In this document: one piece after another, positions 24,461-39,305 of the stretch
Layout: each line of letters begins with the position of its first letter
How positions within the stretch are numbered: position 1 is the first letter of the stretch
Assembly (NCBI RefSeq): GCF_009914755.1
Contig: NC_060929.1
Reading direction: 5' to 3' (one strand)
From: the human T2T-CHM13v2.0 reference genome, Homo sapiens
Length of the DNA stretch: 64,000 nt
The notes under the pieces: model-generated
The model's input: only the letters and a program-made list of their open reading frames with translations
The model's database searches: none
Told to the model about the DNA's origin: nothing
Made by a program: the position numbers and the translations under genes

Positions 24461-26632
24461 CTATATGATGTGTACTTGGTTATTTAAATAGGTTAAAAGT
24501 ACATTTAAATTATTCTACATTAATGTGTATTAAAATAGTTTGGACCTGGGTTTTGTTCGTTTGTTTCTCTTTGCTTGTTTGGTTTTTCTTTTCCGTAGAG
24601 AATTTAACAATTTTACTTGATCCTTGAAGAACTACTGAGTTGTTACAACTTTGACTTGGGTGAGGATCTCTTACGTGAGGCTCAGCCAGTAAAGTTTTAT
24701 TTCCAGTAAAAGGGGCCAAGGAGTGCTTTGCAAACCTGAAGAGTAACACCTGACCCCATTCATACCACATGGAACTGCTTCCCCCTGGAAATTCTGGGCT
24801 TTCTCCCAAATGCTTCATTTGAAGGTGAATGCCTTGTGAAAAATGCCACATATGTGCCTCTCTCTCTACTAAACAGTTAATGTAGAATACCAGAAAAGAT
24901 CCCCTGCCCATGCTGTCTTTCTTAATGAATGGTGACAATGCACTAATTTAAGTACAATTGGCCCAGCATCTCTCATTGTGACAGAGGCGTTTCCACCGAG
25001 GAAAGTGGCAAGGGTACTCTGAGATTGTGGGCTTGTCCAGGGCTGAGTTTGATTTATGAAATGAGACCTAGGAGCCTGGATTGAACAGATTGGCTTGCAA
25101 GAGACAGCTGTACTGGAGGAGCTGCTGCCAGGTATGGGTAGTGGAAATAGAGAAAAATGAACAGTGGGATAAAAATTCCTTTCCCAGTCCCTACTTATCA
25201 ACATGAAACATCTGCTTCAGCTACAGTGGTTCCCAGTGGCAGTCAGAATTATTGATATGGCAAAATCGCTGCTTATATGCAGCACAATGGCATGTCCCCC
25301 CACCCCTACTGGCTGCATTGTAATAATTCATTACTGTACCAGTGCGACCAAAGACACCATGGATGTGAAAGGGGAGTTAGTGCCAGGGCAATTGTGCAAA
25401 TGGTGAGGGTGGTGGAAGAAAGTTTTCACCACGAGCAATAAATTTCTGCCTGCTGTTCTATTTTATTGTGGCTCGACACAGTGATTATACTGGTTGGAAA
25501 ATAAGCAATAAGCGTCTGTCTGTCTCCAGTTGTTTTTAATATTCTTGTTTAATGGGAGAACATAGCTTTTATTTAAACTAAACATAACGGATGCATTTTA
25601 AGATTTGGATCGGTTTTTGAAAAAAAAGTATCTTGCTATCTCGTATGTTAGGTAAGCATATGCTGCTATAAATAGGAAAACAAATATGCTTAGTTCAGCT
25701 TTTTGTTAGATAAAATTTGATTAGGGATGTGCAAAAGCTGATGCTGTCAGCCAACACATAGCACCAGGAAGCAATACATACTATGTTAGAATGAAAATTA
25801 AATGCATTTATTACCAGGGAAACTGGTTTTGCAGGAACGTACCAAGAAAGTTTACATGCTCAAATAAATAGGAACTCGAATTCCTTAATTTCAGTAATAT
25901 CACTTTATAATGCATGCTGGTAAACTTGTGTATGAGTTTCCATGGTGGCTGAAGGATGATTAGAAAAAGATTTGCTAAGCCAAGTTCTTGTGGTTCTTAA
26001 CCTATTCTAAGAAGCGGGGCAATGCAAAAATATAAAGGAAAAACAAGAGCCCACACCTGTAAAGATACTTTACTTTCATATGTGTCCTTACTGTTTTTAA
26101 CCTATAAAGGAATTTTAGTTGTGCCTTCTTATCTCTGTGATAAGGCATTTATTTGTTTCTAAATGTTGACAGTAAAAAAAAAAAATTGGTATGCAAAAAT
26201 AGAAACTTTTAAATTAATTTTCCAAATAAAATTGTAATGTGGCCAATTTAGATGTAAAAGCTAAAGCTTGTAGGCAAGTGTGATATTTCCTTGCTGCTTT
26301 TCCTGCGGTACTTAGCACTAGTCCTTGGGATGAAAAAAATATTGTTTGATGTTTCAGACAACAATGAAATGAAGCATTGGCAAATTAATAAGCAGATCTT
26401 ACCTGACAGCCTGGTCACTGAAGAGGTTAACACACTCCAGTGCTGACAACATGATAATGAGGATTTATGGTGAGCAGGAGGTGAAGGTGGGTGGGATGCT
26501 TCCAGGCTCCCATGTGCGGTGGCTCCAGCCCCCTGCAGACATAACGCCTCAACAAGAGTGAAGGTTACCTTCTGGACTGTAACAATGGCTGAGCTATGTT
26601 TGTGGCAGAGTGTGCATACCCTAAAGATATGC

Positions 26633-26633
<1 letters not shown>

Positions 26634-26685
<52 letters not shown>
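26634..26685. repeat. (GATA)13 tetranucleotide STR
   Basis: Perfect repeat, counted directly. Confidence 0.97.
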
Positions 26686-26686
<1 letters not shown>

Positions 26687-26756
26687 AGACAGTTTTTAAA
26701 ATAATTGTAGTCTTTTATAGTTTGGTGCTTTCTAATTTCACATGTATACTGAGTGA

Positions 26757-27204
<448 letters not shown>

Positions 27205-27309
27205 TTAAATATCTTTATATTCTTTCCCCTGTCTACTGTTCTAATTTTAAATATTATCTCTCTTCTTTTTTCTCTCTATTTAAAAACTACTTTTATTTTC
27301 CTCAAAAAA

Positions 27310-27640
27310 TGCATGCTCATTTTTTGTTCAAGGGTCTTGGTACCTGCTTTCCCCTATGACTGGAACATTGTTCCCTGGATTTTCATAAGACATGTTTTGA
27401 TAGCCCTTGAGTAGACAGTTCAAAGTCTCTTCCACAATGTCAGTATCCCTTAACACATGCAGTCATATTTCCCTTATTGTTTATTATTTCCAGAACATAT
27501 TTGTTTGTCTGTTAATGACCTCTCTCCTTCTAGAATATAAGCCCCATAAGAACAACGACTTTGTCTAATTTCTCGTTATTTCACTTGCACCAAGAACTGT
27601 ATCTCTTATTTGATGCTCAGTAAATATTTCTTGAATTCAT
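27310..27640 (+). mobile_element. L2 3' fragment
   Basis: ctagaatataagccccataagaaca...tgctcagtaaatatttcttgaat. Confidence 0.7.
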
Positions 27641-28757
27641 GGTGGGTATATATAGAAAGTAAAACTCTATAAGCTTATTCTTTGACTTTTTTATATATGT
27701 CTACCTTATATTTGAGGTCCATGGATGGTTCTAAGTTAGTTAATATTTAAAAATAATGAATGGAGGGAGGATTAGAAAAAAAAGCAAGTATAATACTTCT
27801 AGGGCCCCAAATGATCTCAGCTCACAAGGAAGCCTCAGGTTTAAATCAGCATGTATGTTCTCAACTTTCCCCTCATTCTCAGTCAGCATTAGCTCAGTTT
27901 AGTTTTCATGACTTTCACTCTGTGCTACATTAGATACCTTACTGGGTGGTATGACTTATTAGTCAAAAGCTAAGGATGTTTCTCTGTGGGATATTACTAT
28001 TAATATCACATCATATTTCACTGTTCTGACTCTTTAATGTGTTGATATCCGTTGTTAATATGATATTTTGCAAGACTGTACAGTCTCTTATTTTTTTATC
28101 ATAAAAATCATTATTTCAAAAATTGTTATAACTGTTACCTTTGTATTACAAAATGAATCACTAAACTGTTTCGTAAAATGTATTTCCACTTCTGTACAGG
28201 ATGTCCATTAAATAATGAAGATGTACTTGGTAACAGAAGTATTTATCTGCACACTCTAAATTCAAGCTAGTTCTGTTTTCCCTGAGGAGGCAAGTTGGTG
28301 TGCCGTTTCTCATATTTAAGCGACGATATCTTGACCCCAAGATTGTCAGAGCCTCCCCACAGGACTCCGCCATGAGATTACTCAGAAGGAGCCTGTAATG
28401 AGCCCTCTGCACACACCACATGGTTTCAATTACAGTTTTATATGACTAGACAGTGTGGTGCTGGGAAGGAGCGATTGAAAACGATGCAAAGGGTCTTTGT
28501 CTTCGTGCTTCAGTTACCTGGGCCTCTGCTTTCAGAATGTTCTTCTACTTAATATTATTCAGATTTATCTTATCTGGGTGAAGGACCAGTTTCTGAAGTT
28601 AGGGATTCTGTGTTGAAATAAGAGAAACAGAAAAGAATGGTCCAGGCCGCATTCCTAATCTTGTCATGCTATTCCCCTTTAGTTTTCACACTTGTCCGAG
28701 ACCTCTGGGATGACGTTTTCTATCTCAAGGGTGCTTTCAGGAGCAGATGCCCTATAG

Positions 28758-29062
<305 letters not shown>

Positions 29063-29832
29063 AGCAACTGATTTTTTAAAAAGGTGGTGGTGAGTGAAAG
29101 TTTCCTCAAAATTGGGGGAGAAAGGTGATGGAGTTTTCTATAACTTAAAAAGAACTATATCAGAGCATAAAACATTGCCTACATAGTTCTTTGTAGATAA
29201 ATAATAGTGACTTATTAAAAAAATAAAGTTTAGACTTAAGAAACGATCTAATAGAATTGGAAATATTGGCTCAAATCAGCTATGTACTTGCTTCTGGCTT
29301 CTGAGTGGGGTGACGGACAACTTATTTCAACATTTCCTGAAAAGCTGACTCTTTACAAATGTATGTTTATTGAATGTTAGAGATGAGTGTGGTCCTAGAC
29401 TGGAAGGTTCCGTGGGAGGAGGGTCTGTTATGGCTCTCTTGTCTTCTCTCACTAGTGCATTATACGCAAGTCAGGGATATAGTTGTCAGACTCATGAGTA
29501 AAGAAATGCCCAACTTTACCTCTTCTCTTATGGTTGGGAACAGAAGTCCAGAGGAAAGATGTGGGTTTCCCAGGGCGACAGCCAGTTTGTGGCTAAGAGA
29601 AGCCTAGAATCCAAGGATGCCATAGTTTTCCATTGCATCAGTGACAATTGTTATGTGATGAAAGTGCAGTGTTCTGAGAATTGGAAAGGAGAACTGAATG
29701 TATGTCTTTCTCAAAATGGCCTTCCTGGGTTACTGAGAACAAGAATGCATGGTTGTTTCTAGTTTAACACCTCTTTTATGACATTCAATCAGATTCACTA
29801 ATAACGAGCTCAGATTCTTATTAACACACACC

Positions 29833-30043
29833 GGGAATTGAACAATGAGACCACTTGGACACAGGAAGGGGAACATCACACACCGTGGCCTGTTGTGGGG
29901 TAGGGGGAGCGGGGAGGGATAGCATTAGGAGATATACCTAATGTAAATGACAAGTTAATGGGTGCAGCACACCAACATGGCACATGTATACATATGTAAC
30001 AAACTTGCACGTTGTACACATGTACCCTAGAACTTAAAGTATG

Positions 30044-30092
<49 letters not shown>

Positions 30093-30120
30093 AAATATAT
30101 ATATATATTTAAAAAAAAAA
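29833..30120 (+). mobile_element. L1PA (PA5-like) 3' UTR, 5'-truncated; tail contains (TA)21
   Basis: gggaattgaacaatgaga...gatatacctaatgtaaatgac...cctagaacttaaagta; TSD-like acac(c/t)gg. Confidence 0.93.
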
Positions 30121-30664
30121 ACACTGGTATGGCAGCTGTAGACATGTAAATGAATTCCTGTAGCTGAGTGGGTAGTTGAATGAGAAGGTGAAGTTTTTGA
30201 CAGCATGTCAGATTTCCATGGATGAAGAGAGAGAGCACAAGAAAAGTGGGGTGAGAAATAGAAAACAGCCCAGAGAGAGAACCTGACAATATATTGTAAC
30301 TGCCTTTGGAAGCTTCAGTTCCTTACATAACTGAGTAAAATAGAAAATAGGAACAACAGGTTAAATACTTTTTTAAATGGAGTTTTTAAAGCTTTCCAGT
30401 TCATGTAGAGACTCAAAAATTCTCTTTCTAATGCATTTGTTTTGTTGAAATGGCCCAATTTTTATCTAAGAAAACACATCTTCCACCAATCTGTCATCTC
30501 CTCTAATTGAAGAAAGAAATGGTTAAGCATGCCCAGTCACTATTGTTTGAGTAAAAAAGACTTACTTGTCCCTTTCCCGGGATAGGAAGACATCACATTG
30601 TGAACATCTGTGAATCTCATTATCAAAATAAAAGACAGGAAACTTGTGAATGATTGTATCATCC

Positions 30665-30775
30665 ACTGGTTGTGTGACTTTGGACAAATCATATTGCACC
30701 TTTTCTTGACTCAGTTTCTTCATTTTTAAGAAAAGCCATTAAATTAGAGACTTTCCAAGGTTTCTTTTACCTCTT
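30665..30775 (+). mobile_element. MIR fragment
   Basis: tgtgtgactttggacaaatca...ctcagtttcttcatt. Confidence 0.6.
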
Positions 30776-31427
30776 TTGTCCTCATTTAGTTCATAGTCCA
30801 GGGAGAGAACAGGCTCTAGAGTTCAAATTTGTCCCAATTCAAGATCAAAAGAATGGATAATGTAGGGACTAGGCCCATGAACTGTAAATTGAGCCAATGT
30901 GTAAACATCAACTCAGTTAAAACATCCACTCATCTCAACATTCGATTTTCTTCTGTGGTTATTTTGGCATGCAGGAATTCAGATTCATTTTGGAATATTT
31001 GCTAGGTGCATCACACTCTAACAAATTACTAGCATGTTTTAAAGTCTTCCTGCATTCCTGTCTATAATGGTTTTAAGCTTTATAATTTTCCATCTCTTCA
31101 CTACTTAGGGACATGGGTAATCAATGAAAATGTGTATTTCAAGAATACGCATGTCCCCCAGATTATAGTTTATCAAAATCACTTTTGAATCATTCCAATT
31201 GAATTTTCACTTCTTGTAAATCATCAGTGCCCATAATCATATTATGGGGTCACAGGAGATCACCAAGAAAGGTATATTAAAGGCATGACAGAGGAGTAGC
31301 ACAATGCCCTTGAATCATTCCTCAGTAATATAAGAACAGAATTTGTTCTTGGAAAGCTGGTGAGGGTGGGAACATTTTCTTTCCTTTCCAACAGGCATAT
31401 ACTGCTCATTCTCAAATCTGTATTGCT

Positions 31428-31595
31428 GTACTAGTCAGGATGTTTACTGTTTAAAATGAGAAGAACAGCAGCTCAAATGATCATAGGCATGAAAGGGAAT
31501 TTGTTGGCTTATGTAATTAAGAAGATCAAGGGGTCAATATGGATGGCTTCAGGCATGGCTTAAAACAGAGTTAAAAAAATAATGGCACTAGAAAT

Positions 31596-31629
<34 letters not shown>

Positions 31630-32170
31630 ATGTGCACACGTGTGTATGTGTCTGTATTTCTCATCTCTGTGTGTGTGCATGCACACCCACACATATTTAT
31701 GTGTGTGTCTGTATTTCTTTGTGTGTATGTGTGCACATGCATGTGTATGTGTGTGTGTCTGTATTTCTGTCTTTCTCTCTCTCCTCGCCCTGCCCCATCT
31801 CTTTCCCATCCACTCAACCGTTGGTTCTATTTTCCTCTATATTACCTTTTCTTCCAGGTTGACCTTTCTCAGGAGCTTTGGCTAACAGTTACATCAGATC
31901 TGTATTCTACCATATTTCCCACAAAAGTCCAGGGACTCCTACGGGCTTGGTTTCAGGGACTATTCACCTCTGAATCACTATGGCTATGATGATCCAAGCC
32001 TGAGTTACATGTCCATGATGAAAGCCTGTGATGGAGTTGTCCTCTCCCAAATGATGTTGACTAAACCAGGGCAAGGGATGCTTCTTCAAGGGGAAGTGAA
32101 ATGCTGTTACCAGAAATAAGGGAGAGAGTAGTGAAAGAATGCATATCCTCCCCAAAAAAGAGAATTTATT
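31428..32170 (-). mobile_element. Old ERVL/MaLR-type LTR (MLT1K/L-like), split by a TG-rich repeat
   Basis: tgtactagtcagga...aaagggaatttgttggcttatgtaatt...ggcttcaggcatggct; family recalled from memory. Confidence 0.55.
31598..31770. repeat. Compound (TG)n repeat with three modules ending gtgtctgtatttct
   Basis: Seen directly. Confidence 0.9.
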
Positions 32171-34436
32171 CTTTTGGCCCACAGTGTTGTGAAGCAAATC
32201 AATATATGATCAAGAATTAATCCATAGATTCCTTTCTGATCTTACCAATGTTCAAATTTATCTGTTCTTCCTGTCTTCATGCCATGCTTCCAAGTGTTGT
32301 GTAGACTCATTAATGTTTAATTCTTTATTTTGAGAAGCAGGAGGAATTCCTTCTTATATGGAGTTTCTTGTTCACCGAGTGAACACTAGAACAATAAAAT
32401 ACCTAAATAGTCAAACAACAAATATACAGTTCATCATTTGGATTTTGTTCTGAGCTTTGAAATGAAAATGCAGCTCTTCTTTGAAACAGGTATCTCATGT
32501 CAATCCAAATAAAATATCGAATTTCCTGAAAAAGATTGTATGATGAAATGCTTCATTTCTAGGAGTCATTGGCCTGGATTATCCCCTTGTTGTTGATGTA
32601 TGTGTAGTTTTTTTTTTTTTTTTTCAAATGTATCTCCTGGGAACATTAAAATAAAACATTTCATTATCCATCTTCTTTTTTATTTTTTTTCCAAGTGATG
32701 TCTCTGCCAGATAGGGAATGCATGTAATTCACTGTTGCTTTTAATTTGTCAGTACATTAATTTTAGTTGATAAATAAGTTAACTGAATATGCTGTCCCAG
32801 TTATCTTTGATCATTCAAGTTCATTTGGCTCTTGCTTTTAAAGGCTATTCTGTGCCTCCCCAATTCTCCTTGGGTTTATATAGCTTTTAAGTTGTCATTG
32901 ACCAAGAGACCGTTCAAGGGTGATTATAGTTTTCAAGCTTGTTTGTATGCAACAGCCACGACCTTTTTTCAAAAGACACCCAGCTGCTCTTAGCTGCACC
33001 TTGACCTCCAACAGACATTTATTACAAATCAATTTCATAGATTGTCCATATAATAATCTAGAGTGTCTCTGGTAGCAAGATGATGAGAGGGCACCAATTT
33101 ATTGTCCTTATGAGGTTCAAAAGAGCAACAAAATCATGAATTTTGAATGAATTTTGAGAGGTCTTACTAATTTTTTCACTTTGACTATCCTTAAGAGGGA
33201 CTATCATGCTCTAAATTTTAGAGACAACGTCTCTAATAGATTCTACCATGAAGTCTAGGTAGAAAGGGATAGAGGTGTTCACTCTTGGTTAATGACTCTA
33301 AAAAATCTCAAAACTGGCAGTATGGAACAGGACACATCCTTGGAAGAGATGACCCACTGTGTCCAGTTACTTATTTACACTCCAGTCAATAGGAACCCCA
33401 AACCACTTTGAGCATTCTGGGGAGGAAGAGGAGAACTTAATATTTTACATTACTTAATCTTATTCCATAGGTAGTTAATGATCTTTATGTTTTATTCTAT
33501 AGCAGGAATTTACATGTAGTTGGTGTCTAATAAGCACTGATGAATCAAATTGAACTTAATCCAACCTCTAATTCTTTTCCAAGCAAAAATAATTATCTTT
33601 ACTAAGTCCATTTCTTGTTGCTATGAATACACACACACACACACATCTGGTTTTTAAATGTACTATGCCTTTATTCCAGAGGTTTTACTGTGTATTTTAG
33701 TAAAAACATCATTTTCAGACAAAATGTAGACTAGCTAGAGGTAACTGTGCTTCAAAGAATTTATCCACTAGGATATTAATTTCCATTTCAGAGTATTTCT
33801 TTTTACACAAGATGGATGTTCTGCTTTCAATTTATTAGCTACATAAATGAGCTTATCTATTTCTAATTTCGACTTAATATAAAAAGCATCAAATTTTAGT
33901 TTTCATCCATCTAATTTTCATTTTGTATATTTATTTGTGGTAAGCTGATTTTGGTTTATGCCATCTGTTCATCAGGTTCAGGCAGATAATATTAAAAGTA
34001 TATGTTCTCCAATATGTGAATATCCACATTCATAAGTCATGCTGCAGCTCCGAAAAGCGCTGTGGTTGATTTAGGCTGCTCTCTGGGAGAATGATGTTAC
34101 CACAGCTAAATACAAGCGTGAGAATTTCTCAGTCCACTCTGCTGTTTCCAGTCGTGGTTTGAAGCAGATGGCTTCTTCTCACCGGCCTTTCTTACCTTAG
34201 ACAAAAATGTAAAAATTATTTTGATGGCTTCTTTCCTCCTTAGCCTCAGAGCCATCTTGGAACATTCTCTCCTCTCTCCTTTGATATCTCTATCAGTCCC
34301 CTCTAAAATCATAAGAAAGTAGAAAGCCTCAGTTACATTAGGAGGTGATTTAGTTAGTAGACCAATCATTCTAAAACATATGGAATCATATTGCAAAACC
34401 TTATAAGAGTTAGATAATTTAAGTTCACTGACCTGC

Positions 34437-34790
<354 letters not shown>

Positions 34791-35348
34791 AGCCTTCTGC
34801 TTTTAAAGTCTCTTCTCTGTCTCCCCAAACCTATGCAAAATGACAAAGTACTTCTTGAAAGAACCCACTCTCCAGCAACTTTGAAAACAATCTATTTTAT
34901 ACCATACACACCAAAACAATGACAACATTTCTGTTCTTTTTCTGGTAAGTAAATAAACATTTGCCTCAGAGACTTTAATCTGAGTTAGTGTAACATCCCA
35001 TTCCTAAGTCATTGAGAGAGTTTTTACTTTCCAGGAATCTTTTAAGCAAAATATTTACCAAACATGCATATGCCAATAACTACAAGCATTTTCAAATGCA
35101 GTCATTTGGGAAAAAGAGAGGCAGCTAAGGCAACTTGATTTTTTTTTAATACGACATTTTACTAATTGTCTTAGACTTGGTGATATAGCTAGTTTTTCAG
35201 GTCAGAGAAGTCAGTGTTGCTCTTTTGGAATGGTTCTTTACATTCCCAAACTTTTAAATTATTTAAAAATAAACATTGTTATACACAATAAATAAGAAAC
35301 TAAAACTGGTAATTTTTATCATTTGTTTAAGGTCAGTCAACATTTTCA

Positions 35349-35662
<314 letters not shown>

Positions 35663-35809
35663 GACATTTTTGGTTATAATGCTGAGTGATTTCAAAATGT
35701 CAAACAAGTGAAAAGGATTTTTATGGCCATATCTAAGAAAGTAAAGCTGACGTCATGCATAGAAAACTACATCTCAACAGAATTTTATTAGTAGTAAAAA
35801 CACTGATAA

Positions 35810-36070
35810 TAACAAAATACAACACTAACAACATGCTTATTATTTGCCAGACAGTTTTCTAACTGCTTTATTATATAAACACATTTTATCCTTACAACAC
35901 CTCTATGAAGAAAATACTATTATTATCCTCGATTCACTGATGAGAAAAAGAAGTCACAGACAGTTTAAATAACTGATCCAAAGTAGCACACTGTGGGTGA
36001 AAGCTGGAGCCAGGATCCAAAAGCAGGCAATCTAGTTCCAGAATCCGTCTTCTTATCTGCTATGAAATAC
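35810..36070 (-). mobile_element. Near full-length MIR
   Basis: cattttatccttacaacacctctatgaag...tattattatcctc...ctgatgagaaa...ggatccaaaagcaggcaatctagttccaga. Confidence 0.8.
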
Positions 36071-36119
36071 TGTTTGCATTAAAAATAACAAGTGCATTCA
36101 AGTTCAAGTCCAATTTTCT

Positions 36120-36881
36120 TTCTTTTTAATTATGGTAAAACACATAACATAAAATCTACCATCTTAACTATTTTTAGGGGTTCAGTAGTGTTAGGTACAG
36201 TCACATTGTTGTGCCACTGTCACCACCATGCATCTCCAGGATTCTTTCCATCTTGAAAAACAAGCCCTTCACCCATCGAACAATAACTGCCCTATTTCCC
36301 CCTTCCCATACCATCTGGAAACCATTGTCTGCTTTTTGTTTCTATGAATTTAACTCTTCAGGTACCTTATGTAAAGGGAATCCTACGATATCTGTTGTTT
36401 TGGGTCTGGTTTATTTCACTGAGCATGATGTTCTCAAGGTTCATCTGGGTTGTAGCACATGCCAGGATTTCCTTCCTTTTGAAGGCTGAAGAACATCCCA
36501 CTGTAGGTATAAACTGCAGTTAGTTTCTTGATTCATCTGTTACTGAACACCTGAGTTGCTTCTTTCTACCTCTTGGCTACTGTGAATAATGCTGCTATGT
36601 ACATGGTTGTATAAATATCTCTCTCATACTCTATATTCAATCCTTTGGGGTATATACCCCCAAATGGGATTACCAGACCATATGTTATCAGTGAATTGAG
36701 GATAATAATATGTTTAATTTTTTAAGGAATCGTCATACTATTTTCCATACTGATCATACCATTTTCCATACCCATCAACAGTGCATAAGCATGCCAATAT
36801 CTCCACATACACACCAACACCTGTTATTTTCTTTATTTAAAATTTTCTTTAAAGTAGCCATCCCAATGGGTGTGCAGTGAC
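36120..36881 (-). mobile_element. L1MB-type 3' end
   Basis: ggtaaaacacataacataaaatctaccatcttaac...gtgaataatgctgctatg...gtagccatcccaatgggtgtg. Confidence 0.85.
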
Positions 36882-37055
36882 AAATTTTCTTTTGTAATCA
36901 GCCATGTAAACTGTAATACACACATTGAAAACATAACCAATGTGACCCATAAGTAAATTTCCTAAATATTTGCTTACTTCTTATTTACAGTTTGCAAATC
37001 TCTCATAAACTAGATAGGTCCTCAGACCATTCTGCATTTCCTTGTATATAAAGAT

Positions 37056-37057
<2 letters not shown>

Positions 37058-37094
<37 letters not shown>

Positions 37095-37110
37095 CACACA
37101 CAACACACAC
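37058..37110. repeat. (CA)n, imperfect
   Basis: Seen directly. Confidence 0.92.
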
Positions 37111-39305
37111 TCAAACGCATATATATATACAAACATCAAATAAACTTTTGTGTCTTTTATGAAAAATACGACACATTGAGTGGAAGGATCATATATTTCC
37201 TCTTCCATTTCTAAAGCATTTCAATTTTGAAAGAGCAATAGAGATACACCCTCTCACATCTGAGTTTAGAATACTGAGGTCCAGATAGGTTAAGTAATTG
37301 GTCCCAAGTTGAAAATTTAGTTAGAGCCACATCTAGCCTGAAATTTTTCCCAATGCAGCAGCCCATCCAATCTCTAAAGCGCATCATCCAATGTTTGTAA
37401 TACATTATGTTTATGATATCTTAAATGTATAGCATTATGTATTACATTATAGATATTAATAAAATACTATTGGTTTAAAACCATTTTCATACCCCACATA
37501 GAATTCCAATATAAGCCATCTCCCACTATTTTTCCAGCTATACCATTTGTTTTAGGTAGACTGGCTTTAATATTTTGAATTGAGATGGGGATTCAGCTTA
37601 AAAACTGTGAAGGGTTCTTTTAAAATTTTATTTGCACTGAAGATGCTGAGTGTGAAAGACGTAAGTTCATCTCTCTCTAACTCTCCATAGTTCTTAACAT
37701 AGAGATGATGACCCTGACATGTCACTGATATTTTTAGAAATAATGGCAAAACGTCTTTTTTTTTTTCTCCCTTCTGCTGAATATACCACAGACAACCACA
37801 GTTCATTGGGCTGGAGAGTTTCAGCTGTATAACTAAAAATAAATGCCTCTGTAAAACACCAACAAAGACAATGTCAGTTTCCCTAAACCACTGAAAAATG
37901 TGCTTTAAAAAATCAACTGAATTTCAGTTGGGTAAATGTCTACTCCATTTGCCTCCGGGCTGGGCTTTTAAGGGACTCCTTTTATTTTAATCCCTTTTGT
38001 TTTTCAGATTTATCACTTAAGGATTGTATGATTGGTGCAACTCATACTATTAAAATGAACTGCAGTTGCTGATCTACTCACAAAGAAATGAAATTGTAAA
38101 CTCCACTTTGGTTTCAAACCACAAATAAGCGACTAATAAATTAGCACAAGGCATCTTTTGATAGGAGGAGAGCCTAAACTGAATGTAATTTTTAGTAGTA
38201 AAACATGGGACTCACTATAGCGCCATAGTACTATTTTAAGCATTATGCGTCAATATTGGTTTTTTGAGGTTTTGTTTTGATGGAAAAGGTTTAAAGTTAT
38301 TTTGTTCATATTCATATATACTGTGGTGTTTTTAAATATTAAGATATATAGAAACCCAGAAAGTTGAGCTCTTTTTTTTTTTTAACTTTCTTTTTTAGGG
38401 CACTTGAAATTTCTTCAGGGATACAATTGCTCTTTTCACACATTTAGAAGAGAATAAAAGAGAGAGAATAACTCTTTTCCTTTATAGAAGCCACATTATA
38501 ATTCATTCCTTGTGGTCCATGTACTAGATGGCCTCAAGAGACAGCTCCATTCCAGGAGGCTCTTCTAGCACTTAGTGCACAGCCCCCACCCTGACTTTGA
38601 AGACTCACAGCAAAGCCTACTGAAGTCACTGTTGATGGAGAATGGTCTGACACTGTGATGCCAACGTGCTGGTTACCTCCCGGCAGTCTTTCATAGATAT
38701 TTAATGTTTATAAGAGATATTATACTGTCCCGAACTTGGGTTATTTAGCAACATATCTACATAGATGGACACTCAGTAAAGCTTTATAAATAAACAGTGC
38801 CCTTCTCTTGCATGTATCTTAATTCTGTCCTAAGCACAATATTCTAAAATCAGCAACCAAGGCTCTATGTCAAATAAATAAACATATGGCATAAAACATA
38901 AGCAAATGCATCACTATTGTAGAGTATAAATTTAACTATTTCTGGTAACATGATTCTAATTTATATATATTTTGTTTGCTTGTTTCACCTAAAAGTTAAT
39001 ATTCTTGCTAATTTTAGGTAACTATTGCTTGTTGATCATATTAGTGGTTTACAGTATATGTGATACTAATTTAATCTCAACAGATTTGAGGGATTAATGG
39101 TTTGTGAGAAACATAATGGTTGTAAGATAGAGATGGGAATAAATCGCATCACTCAAAATCAGTGCATCTTCAAGAGACAGATTGACAATGAAGTTTAAGA
39201 GCCAATTGATTGATCAGTTTTACATGCACATACATACATACATGCATACATACATACACACACGCACAAACCTCTTCCTTAAATTTTCTTCAGACTAATG
39301 CATTC

